Source of the DNA: the human T2T-CHM13v2.0 reference genome, Homo sapiens
Length of the DNA: 64,000 nucleotides
Reading direction: 5' to 3' (one strand)
Assembly: GCF_009914755.1 (NCBI RefSeq)
Contig: NC_060941.1
Below, one piece after another: positions 1-11,901 of the stretch. A model generated the notes under the pieces. The model had not been told where the DNA came from. It did no database searches and worked only from the letters and a program-made list of their open reading frames with translations. The stretch's first letter is position 1; each line of letters begins with the position of its first letter. The translations under genes were made by a program, and so were the position numbers.

Positions 1-547
<547 letters not shown>

Positions 548-1389
548 GAAACCCACAGTATCTCTAAAGCAGTTATTTACCTTACTACAATATTTGTTTC
601 TTTTAGGCAATGGGCCCATACTGATTTCCACAATTTATTAAAATTGGATATTCAAAAAATTATTTTTAAAATAAGCTTAAACTGTCAAGGGGTCACAGAG
701 AAAAAAAAAAGTGTATCATACCGGCTAGCCTAAATGGGAGTATGGACACAAAGAGATGAAGGCCAGATTTCCAATGTGATTGACTTTTCTAACATATTCT
801 CGGTGATGAGAACACATCCCAGGACATAGGCCAAGCTTTTCTAAATAGAGCATTTCCCAAAGCTGTGCCCTTGGTGTCAACACCTTTGAGACTTGAGTCA
901 GAGAGAGAGCCCATCTGTACACATAGCCTCCACCCACCTTCAGCTTATCCTGTAAGCAAAGTATAGTTGAGTCAGCTCTCAGCACCTGTCTTAATAATTT
1001 GGAGGGCATGCAATCTGCCTTTCTCTATGTGCAACTCACAAGAAAAAGCCAGAAAACTGCTATGGCTTTAGATTTCAGTGTCCTAGGGCTCATGGGCAGT
1101 ATCTATTATCTTTTCTAACAGAGCTTGGAAACACAACCACCAAAACAGTCAGGAAGGGCTTGAGATGGGCTAGGAAGACCTCTTCTTTCCAAACAACTAG
1201 CTATTACTCATTTACCTTGAGAAGATCAGCAAAGAATACAAACAGAATCTTCTCACATCCTGATTTATCCAGTGAAAACCATATGTAGACCATCCTGCCC
1301 CTTCTTTTCCTACAACCTCTCAGAAACAATTAGTAGAAAGAATGGACGAGATCAAAATGAGAGGAGAACATTCCTTTAACCTCTGCTCT

Positions 1390-1550
1390 GTACCTGGCAC
1401 TGTGCTGGTAGATACCTTCATATGTATTTAATCCTCACAAGAATTCTACAAGCAAGGGGATATTGTCCCCATTTTATGGATAAGGAAGTAAGGATTAGAG
1501 AAAACAGGTGACTTGTCTGAGGCCCACAGCTAAGTGTTTCTGGCAGAGAT
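1390..1550 (-). mobile_element. MIR fragment
   Basis: tttaatcctcacaa...cccattttatggataaggaagtaagg...gtgacttgtctgaggcccacagctaagt is the MIR core in reverse. Confidence 0.75.
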
Positions 1551-2960
1551 CATTAGTGTTCATCCACACCCATGTGCATATTCATAGTTTCTAGTCTTCC
1601 TTGCAGTAGTGTTGGTCATGTGATTGAGTTCCGGAATGCAGACAGAAGCAATTCCCCCCACTTCTCAGCTGGACCCCTGAAATATCTTGCATATTCCTGT
1701 CCCTGTGACCAGAAGCAAAAGACTCCACAATGACCGAGCCAGAGAAGACAAAAAGAGCCAGGATCTTTGAGTCATCCCTTGGAGGAGAGACTGCCATCTT
1801 TTTGAATTATTACGCAATTGATATTCTCAAGTGTATTTATTACTAAAACATGACCTAAAGTACTCTTACTTCTACAAAGATCCCATTTAAAGAGGGTCCC
1901 TGATACTCTAGTGGAGGATCTTTGAAGCAATGGGAGCCAAATATTACACAGGTTCACTGTGACCAGTAGAACATCCAAGCCAGTGAAACTACTTCAAAAT
2001 GAATTCAGGATTTCATGTGCATAAGCAAGATGTGTTGCGAACTCTGGACAGAACACTTTTCTTTTGTGCGTCTGTCTTCACCAAACACAGTATTCAGATA
2101 TTATAGGGTCCCAAAAATACATGTTGAATTGAATCTAGTCTAGTCTCAGGTTGGGCTTCAACTTGGTATAATAGTCCTTGGTAAATTCCTCCTAAATTCT
2201 CTGTCTCAGTTTCTTCTTTCCTTCAATGTAAATGGAGTTAAACCTGTCGCTGTCCCTCAATGCGTCTAAAAGGAAGAGCCCAAGAAATCCACAACATTAT
2301 TGGTAGAAATCATTGAAAGAACCACATCCGTGTACAATTTTAGTATGCTCTGACTCTTCAGGTACATATTTCAGGCTGGACTAAACTCTAAGAAGCCAAA
2401 CCAGTGATTATCCCAAGAAGATCAACCCTTATTAAGAAACTGTCAAAGAAAAGTAGGTGGAGAGATGGATTAGCGGACTGGAAAGGGCTAGAGGCTGCTG
2501 GTGAAAAGCCTCAAAGATTTAGTTAGAGGATTTTGTATCCCTAGTCCTCGTTCTCATTATATAGCATCTTCCATGGTATGTGACTGTTGATAAATATTCA
2601 TTGGAATGGGGACTGACCTAATGTAATGCAAATCACATGCAAAGCAACATGTAAATTGGAACCATTATATGAAGTCAATAGGTGAGGTACTATGCATATT
2701 AAAAGTACAGGACAACAGTTCCAAAAGACCCATAAGAGGCCCATAAAACTAGCAGGGGACATTCCATTCCAAAAGGAATCTGATAGTCAAAGACAGAACA
2801 TTGCTGCCAAAGAATGTCACCAAGCATGAAGCAGGGACAGCGAGGCGGTAACAGAGAGAGAAACAGAAACCCGGCTGCTGCTTGCTCTCCCCATCCCTTT
2901 CAAGGCTGTATTCAAAACAGTTCTCCTTCATCGCCTTCCCATACTGATCAGACCTGATAC

Positions 2961-2991
2961 TGATTGATTGGTCAAATCCACTGAGTGACAG
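2961..2991. promoter_or_regulatory. Candidate NF-Y (CCAAT) + PBX/PKNOX composite site
   Basis: TGATTGATTGGTC (reverse CCAAT, ATTGG 2967-2971), then 10 bp, then TGAGTGACAG (2982-2991), in repeat-free sequence. Confidence 0.4.
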
Positions 2992-3777
2992 GAGGGCAGA
3001 CTGATCCGCTTGTACATTAGCCACGCTATTCAGGATGGCTCCTTCAAGCCTTCTAACAAAAGAGCCGGGGACACTGAGACACAGCCAGAGAGACTGGTCA
3101 CTTTGAACCCGCTGGCACCACACGCAAGACTTTTAGAGGCTTTTGTATCCCCTGAAAGCTCTCTTCCCGTGAGTGTTGCATGGTCACACGCAATGCATGC
3201 ATGTTTTGCACAGATTAGCATGCATCTGCAGAAATGCATAAAGTACAAAGACATCCCCATAGGCACACGGATGCAAACTTTTCACCTCCACCATCCCAAG
3301 GGAGCTGCAGGAGGATTTGACTGTTGTGAAGTCGCTAGGCCAGGGAAGGTCACAGGCTGTTTCTGACGGGAGCCCCCCCTTGTGTTTGCTTTCTGTGCCT
3401 CCACGGGCCTCCTGGCAGGACTAGGGGACATGGAAATAAGTCAGCAGTGACCCTTCTGGTGACCCATGGCCTCACCAGCCAACTCCTGATTGCAACATTC
3501 TGGCTTCAGTAACAGCCCTTAATTCACGCCTTCTGGCTGTGCCCAAGTCACAGTGGCCCTGGAGCTGGTAGCAGTAAGCAAGGTCAGGCTCAAGAGCTCC
3601 ACATTGCCACTTCACAGGAGAGGCGACGCAAGGGTCGGGGGTAAGGGATGGAGCAGTGACAAGGGCAAACAGGGACATTTCTGATTTCTCAGCAAACTGA
3701 GACCCTCCCTTTGGCCATACACCCCTCCTATCTTCTGCGTTAGGCTGTTACCCAAGCTCCCAAGCTAGGATCTGGTG

Positions 3778-4093
<316 letters not shown>

Positions 4094-5238
4094 TGGTGTT
4101 TTTCAGTCACTGGATGTAAACCTAACATGCACACCAGGACTCTGGTCATAGAGGCTCTGTCTTTCATCCCCTGTTCCTCTGTGTGTGTCACACACACACA
4201 TGTACACAACTCTGTAGGTGGTTGAGTTGGTACACCCCTCTACACTAGTGACATGTGGCTTTTTTTCAAAAGGATCTTCCATGAGACAATTGACATGGAA
4301 GGGTCAAAGCAAACTCCTGGCTCTCAGGAGCCTTATGCGCGGAACTGTCTCCCAACACAGACAGAACCATCTCAAAGACTTTGAAAGTGATGACTCTGCC
4401 CATCTATCCGATTGTCTCCTTTCACAGATGCAAGACCTGAGACCCAGGAAGAAGTGCCCCAATTAGAGTTACTCACATTGCTGGGCCATGGGTACAGCCA
4501 GGCTTGCAATCATCCTCTCCAACACACCATGCCACAACCACAGGCATCACACACATTCCCAGATGGCCAACTGATGTCCAGTCCCTCCTGCCACTGCTTC
4601 CACAGGCATCAGCGCTCCTCACTCCTCTCTGGGTTCTTAGGGGTTATTATAGCAGGTAGAGCCCAGTGATAAAAATAGCAACGATGACCTAAAGAAAGTT
4701 CAAAGTAGGAAGCAGAGGTAAAAGGCAAGATCCTGGGAGCCAAACACATTGCATGTGTTCTGGCAATTTCTGGAGAGTCTACAAAACTGACTTCCAATGC
4801 TTGACCTCCACTGCCTATAGACCATGTCTGATCTGAGTTCTTCTGACAGCAGGCACTACCCCTTCCGTGCTTCTCCAGTCCAAATGCAAGCATATCCTAT
4901 CTTTTGAAGCATTTGCCTTTCCACTCCAAGGTTTAAGGAACTGCAAGACAAATAGTATAAAAAGATGAAAGTTGCTGGGAGGAAGTCAGCACTGCTAAGT
5001 GGTTCTTTACAGGGCAGTAAACCCCAGGTCTTCCCTGTCTCTGGAGGGATCAACAGGATTGCCTTCCCAACCCTGTCTGCACTCAGCTTCTCCCCAGCCA
5101 GCACAGGGTATCTGCCTCCCAAAGGAAGAAAATCGGCTGCCTAAACCTCCCTCTGCTTCTACACATATTAAACACACTCTGTCAAGGTGATGCGGGCTTA
5201 ACATCTGACCTGCTTTTATTTCTCTTTTCTTTTTGCAG

Positions 5239-5246
5239 AAGTGGTG
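5239..5246 (+). other. Candidate 8-nt microexon (AAGTGGTG) with strong 3' splice site and GC donor
   Basis: Branch-point-like CTTAAC/CTGAC (5197-5209), 50-nt AG-free pyrimidine tract ending TTTTGCAG (5238), then GTG|GCAAGT and a T22 run. Confidence 0.4.
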
Positions 5247-5679
5247 GCAAGTTTACTATTTTTTTTTTTTTTTTTTTTTTAGTTTGCTCATTTTTAAATC
5301 TACAAAGTGAAACTTGGGTCACATTTTTAAAAAATCAACTGTCAAATCATTCCCGGAGTTCCCATCTAAAGACTGGCCTGACATTTCACCTCCATGCTCT
5401 AAAGAATGCATGCCCTGCTTTAAAAACCTGGATCTTCTTGGCTGTACAGGTTTATGTGGAAGCATCATTTGGTCTTAGCCTGAGACTCAGACCCACATTC
5501 ACAAGTGGCTTCAGAGTAATAACACCTTCCCCAGAGTTCGAGGCCCTTGTCTGTCCTGGGTAGTTTATTAGAAAAGGACGCCTCTTTGAGCCCCAGCTTG
5601 GAAGGCTGAACTGTTGAATACAGTGCCAAGGTAGCTTTCCAACTTTGAGCTCCCCAAGTCATTCATTCATTCCTTCACT

Positions 5680-5790
5680 CATCTACAACCTCTCATTCAT
5701 TCAACCAGCAAAACCAGATAAGCAGAGGAACATGATCCCTGACCTCATGGAGCTCACAGTCTAGACAGGGAGATGGACAATAATAACAGG
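5680..5790 (-). mobile_element. L2 3' end fragment
   Basis: attcattcattc...tccctgacctcatggagctcacagtctag is the L2 3' end in reverse. Confidence 0.65.
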
Positions 5791-7129
5791 GCTAAAGTTG
5801 GTAGAGCTTCATTGTTGTGGCAGAGAAAGGCACAAGATGAATCCTAGAGGCAGGCATGGGTTGGTCCCTCAGGGTCAGGAGGCCCCAGAGGCCATCACAA
5901 GGATTTTGGTATTCAGCCTGGGGACAGTGGGGAGCCATGGGTCCCACCTTTTCCAGAAGGGACACACCCCTCTGGTTTGAACTAAAATTTTTTACATCCA
6001 TCCACATGAAAAGTCCTTCCCCCAAACTAGAGCTGGTCGTTCATGTTACGCCACTCACAATAGCTCCTTGACACCAGACGCCCCTCGTAAAGAAGACAGA
6101 GTGGGTGTTCAGAGTCTGAGAGTCAGCAATGAGAGAGCTAGAAAGAGCCCAGGTTCCCAGTCTGGACCAGAATCTTAGCATGGCTGGAAAACAAAGGTGA
6201 TCAATTCAGAAGTCAGCCATGGAAACATGGGAAATGGCACAATATCTGTGTTTAGAAGCTGAGATGGGCAATGGACCATTCCATTGAGGAGTTAGCACAT
6301 GCTCACTCAGGCCAAGCCACGGCTTAGCCAACCATCCTTGCAAGCCCCAACACAGGTAGCAGCCCCTGCCCCATGGGAAGGTAGCTTTACCAACAGCCAC
6401 CCTTTCCAGTTGAACAATAACAGCACAGAAGGTGAACTAAGCCACAGTGTAATTAGCAAAATGATGGGGAAATATGTAAGCAATTCAAGTGCCACTAGAG
6501 TGTCCCTTAAATGAACACTGGAATAGCCCTTAACGTGCGGATGAAGGAGAAAACTCGAACATCTAACCCTATTGGCAATTTTTCAAATGTCTTTCAGAAA
6601 TCTCTAAACCATAACAAACCTTTGGTTTGAAAACTTCTTCCAGAATCCAGCTCAGAAAATTCATTGTCACCTCCTTCTCCCTTGTCATCAATGACCTTTT
6701 CCAGTTAGTCTTAAAAATGCAGGATATGCATAGACTGGTTTTAAACTCAGGCTTGCGGCAGCACTGTGGGATTCTGAGTAGTAGAAGCCTTGCACCAAGA
6801 AGGTAAATAGTCTTGTTTTAACACATTGTCTGAATCACATTCTCTGAAGGTCTAAGAAGACTTGACCTTGTCTGGTAAGTGGTCTCATTGGCTGGACTCA
6901 AAAAGAAAAGACATGAAAAAAGGGGAAGGAGGAAAACAGAAAACAAGCCAAGTAAAATATGAGACCAATTCCTAAACTCTTGATGTTTGGGGTTGACATC
7001 TTCCCTCCTGTTCTTAAAGGAGAATGAATATTATATAAAACTTTCCCAAGATCTAGAACAATGCCTAGAAAAATGGAAGAAAATGCCAGGATGTGCCACT
7101 AGCCACTGAAGGACAACACATTCATTATC

Positions 7130-7460
7130 TCACTCTCCAGAAATACTCTTTCTCCTTCATTCTCTGTCCTAGTTCATGGTACCACCACCCACCCAGATGA
7201 CCAAGGCAAAAACAAAAAAACAAAAACAGGAACCGTCCCCCCACCCCCGGAGGCTTTTTCTTTCTCTCACTTGCCATAGCTAGCTGAACTTTCAATTTCA
7301 CCTCTGCAAATGTTCTGTTATCTCTCCCCATCATTGCCATCGAATTTGGGCCACGCTTATTCTCTTCAAAATATTATTACAATTCCCCCAAATATTGGCA
7401 GGCCTGGATCCATCATTTCATCCAACTCAGTGCTCTGATTCCACCTGCTCAGAGAGCTCT
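7130..7460 (+). mobile_element. L2 fragment (degenerate)
   Basis: ccaccacccacccagatgaccaagg...ttcacctctgcaaat...ctctccccatcattgcc resembles L2. Confidence 0.45.
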
Positions 7461-7539
7461 TCTCTGGTCAATTGATTTAAAATGTGACTCCTTGTGACTC
7501 TTTATCCTTACCCACCTCGTTTTCTTTTAGCAAACTTTA

Positions 7540-7830
7540 TTTATATGTAACTAAATATAAATCATATCTATATATAAATATATATCATATAGTTATATAT
7601 CACATATTTTGTTCACATATGTCATACATTTAGTTCATATATATAAAATACTTATCATTGGCTTTGTATTTCTTTATATATAAATATATATCATATCTAC
7701 ATATAACTATATATCATATATTTATCATATGTTTAGTTATATCATATATTTAGATACATATATCACATATTTTGTTCATGTATATTACACATTTAGTTCC
7801 TATATATATTAATCATTGGCTTTCTCTTCT
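7540..7830. repeat. AT-rich low-complexity block with ~160-bp tandem duplication
   Basis: atatcacatattttgttca at ~7597 and ~7760; atcattggcttt at ~7654 and ~7812. Confidence 0.8.
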
Positions 7831-7846
7831 ATAAATATTTGCTATT

Positions 7847-8094
7847 GCAGGATGTAGTGGCTCACACCTGTAATCCCAACACCTTGGGGGGTCAAGGTGG
7901 GTGGGTTGCTTGAGCTCAAGAGTTCAAGACCAGCCTGGGCAACATAGTAAGACCCAAGCTCTACAAAAAATACAAAAGGTTAGCTGGATGTTGTGCCACA
8001 CACCTGTAGTCCCAGCTACTTGGGAGACTGAGGTGGGAGGATGGCTTGGGCATCACTGTACTCCAGCCTGGGTGACACAGCAAGACCCTGTCTA

Positions 8095-8124
<30 letters not shown>
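7847..8124 (+). mobile_element. AluJ with internal deletion in right arm
   Basis: Alu left arm intact; right arm jumps from ggatggcttggg to catcactgtactccagcc; long A tail. Confidence 0.9.
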
Positions 8125-8128
<4 letters not shown>

Positions 8129-8821
8129 CTACCAGTAAGTGAACAAATGAGTCTCCCCACTGTACTCTCACATACCCTCTGGTCCGTCCTCTGAATTGGT
8201 GAGACTCATTTTCTGAAACACACACTTGGCTGCATTATTTAACTACTGCAACTATTCCCATGCCTTACAGTTACCCACAGAATGAGCCCCATGTGCTAAA
8301 GTGGCAAACCCAGGGGGCCACAGCCTGGCCCCCTGCCAGTCCTATAGCCTCATCCCAAGTCCACATTCACCTCCTCAGGCCTCACCCCCAACATGCCTTC
8401 CACATACAATGACTATCAGCTCCCCAAAAGTACCATGCTCTTTCCACCCTCAATACCTTTGTGGAGATATTTTCCAGCCTAAAATGACCCTCCTCCCTTT
8501 GACTGCCAGGCAAACTCCAAAAAGCTGCCCCTCATCCACCCACTAACCCTGCCTCATCCCTTCTCCTACCTTGCATATCACCTCTATAGTCAGTTACAGA
8601 ATCTGCAGGGTATAGCATGTGCGCTTGTGTCTTTGTCTGTGTCCTTCCTTGGTCTAGGAGTAGGGACCACAGCAGTTTAGGGAACACTCAAAGCTTGCAG
8701 CATTGGAAAATTCTTTCATGTTAGCTTTTAAATCATAAAATACAATGAAATTTGTGACAGTTTAAACAGTCTCCTTAAATATCTCCTCAACTGTCTGTTT
8801 TTTGTGCCCCTCCCTTGAGAT

Positions 8822-8980
8822 CTCATATATGAGAGGAAATATATATATGATCATATATATATGATCTCATATATATATTCTCTTTCTGTGTGTGTGGGTG
8901 TATATATACATATACATACACATAGAGAGAGAGAGAGGAGAAGAAGGAGGAGAAGGAGGAGGAGGAGAAGAAGAAAATAG
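8822..8980. repeat. Compound microsatellite (TA)/(TG)/(GA)/(GGA,GAA)
   Basis: Directly visible. Confidence 0.85.
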
Positions 8981-9319
8981 AGCAGTGAGATACGAATTTT
9001 TTATCCAAGCGAGGAAAAAACAATGAAAAGAAATGGCCTTCACTGTTTCATTATATTATTACATAACTGCAGCCTGAACTCGAATGACAGAGACGTTGGC
9101 AAAGTGGCTGACTCCACCAAGAGGAGCTGCTGGGCACATCCGATGAATAAAAATGGCAAGAAGCCTAAAATGGACTGGAAATCACTTTGAGCTTTGACTT
9201 TTATTTCTCTGGAGTGACAGGAAGGGTAGCTGGAAGATTAAAACTCTCAGACTCAGCTCAGGCTGTCACCCCTGCAACCAAACCAATACACACAAACAAG
9301 CCCAACCTCAGTGTGCCTT

Positions 9320-9390
9320 CTCCTCTCTCTTCTCCCCTCTCCCCTCTCCTCCCCTCCTCTCTCCTCACTTCTCCTCTCCTCCCTTCTCCC
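9320..9390. repeat. CT-rich polypyrimidine tract
   Basis: Near-pure C/T run. Confidence 0.8.
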
Positions 9391-9594
9391 CAGTTCCCAG
9401 CTTTCCTATCAAATGACTCCATCTGTCCCAAGACCAGTTTCCTTTTCTTTGCTCTGTTTTCTCTGAGGAGCCCATGCTGAGTGGAGACAGAGCCAGGAAT
9501 ACTAACAGTTGGTGACCATCCAGGGACACCAGCCACTGTTGTTACCTTCACTCTCACCACCAAAAGCAATTAAAACAATATGTGTACAATAAAA

Positions 9595-9742
9595 TATAAA
9601 AGCATATTTCACTTCTAGGAAAGGGAAAGTGGATTCAAGCATTAAAGGGAGAGCCTGGGTTGCAGCCGCCGGCAGCTGCAGGCTGTTCTCCAAGAAAGAA
9701 TGGAGCTAGAGAGCCAGGCACCAGCTCCTGTCTCTGGTAAGT
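9595..9742 (+). promoter_or_regulatory. Candidate TATA promoter and first exon (ATG 9700, donor 9736|9737)
   Basis: TATAAAAG 9595-9602; ATG in strong Kozak context (A at -3, G at +4); 37 coding nt MELESQAPAPVS+G; consensus donor CTG|GTAAGT. Confidence 0.4.
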
Positions 9743-10259
9743 GCAAGAGCTGAGTGGAGAGGATGCTTGGGGTGGACTGAATGTGTCAGGAGACTCTGCA
9801 TCCATTTTTAAAAACGGCTGGAGTCACTATATCCTTAGCCCCCATTGTATCTCTCCATAAATTACCCATTGGACCACCCCAAACAGGGAGGTCGGGGGGT
9901 GACAGAGCCAATTTGCTAGACTCCAGCATACTCACTGTTTCTTGCATTTGCTCAAGGAACTTTTCTCTGTCTTAAAAACTTGAGTGTGAAGGTCTCTGTT
10001 TTGATCTTGTGATGCCCAAGTCTCCTAGAAAAGTCTGAAAATAAATTATTTTACTTCCCTAAGACTCCAGCAAATATTTCAGCAGGACTCAGCTTCATGC
10101 TTAGCCTAGCCCAGGAGAAACGCATTCACGACCCTGCATTCAAAAAATATAGCCCTGTTAGAGGCTCTGAGATACAGTCATGTACAAAAAGACAAAAAAA
10201 AAAAAAAAAAAAATCTTCTCTTCTAGATACTTGCTTTTTGGAGCAGGGGAGGGGAATCA

Positions 10260-10576
<317 letters not shown>

Positions 10577-10885
10577 CCTTAAAAAACACTGGAGTAATTA
10601 AAATTATAGATGTCAGATAGTGAGTGCTGTGGAAGAAAGACAATTGGAAAGGGTATAAGATATACTGGGAGTTGGTTGATTTGGGTCCAAGCAGCCTACA
10701 GTGAGAAGATGCCACATGAACAAAGAAAGTCCTGAAAGAACGTGAAGGAAGATGCAAATACCTAAAGATTCAGGATTACAGCAAAGCTTCCTGGGCATCT
10801 CACATTGTCCTACCCCAAGGCACGAGGAGCAAATGAAAATCAGAAGGGAGGAAAAGCAACGGAAACTGCATCACCCACTGTACTT

Positions 10886-10903
10886 GTTGCCATCTGGTGG
10901 GCC
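10886..10903 (-). promoter_or_regulatory. Candidate CTCF motif
   Basis: Minus strand GGCCCACCAGATGGCAAC matches core CCASYAGRKGGCRS at 13/14. Confidence 0.5.
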
Positions 10904-11299
10904 CTGGAAACCATCAGTGTATTTGGTTACTGTGTTTACACAGCCGGCAGGACACACACTGTTCACTCAGGGCTCCCCAGAGCTGTCGGAATGGTCCTGG
11001 CTTCCCTGGATTCCTGAGGCCCCTGCATCCGGGTTCTGGGGCTCAACAATTCCCCTGGGTTGTCCAAAGACAGGGGCCCTCCAGGACCACCCCAGGCAGG
11101 GGCCAGGTCCTTATCTAAGCCAAGTCCTGGGCCTGAGTGTCAAGTCAGGAAAGAAGACTTGGGAAGTTGCCTGAACCAAGAAGGCAGATAGTCTGGCCGA
11201 GCAGGCTGCTGGACTGAGGATAGCAAATGAATGAAGGGTGTCACACTGACCAACATGCCTGACCCATGCAAAAAGCTCATTTATTGTTGGTTACGATTA

Positions 11300-11545
11300 A
11301 TAATAACCATTGGTAAAACTCTGTTCCAGGTACATGAAGTTTGTACCTGTCTACCAAGTATGTTACATGCAGGTGTTGTTTTTGTTTGCATGTAATCCTA
11401 TTTTTGACTGATTTTTAGTGAAAAAACTGAAAATTAGAAAGGCTCAATACCTCTCACAAGTTGGCCCAGTTAATAAGTGGCAGCCAGCTTTTGAACCCAA
11501 ACCCATCCAGTCCTAAAACTTAGGTTCTTGATCTCTATGCTCCAG
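11300..11545 (-). mobile_element. MIR fragment
   Basis: atttttagtgaaaaaactgaaaattagaaagg...cagttaataagtggcagccag...tttgaacccaa. Confidence 0.65.
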
Positions 11546-11550
11546 CCTCA

Positions 11551-11901
<351 letters not shown>

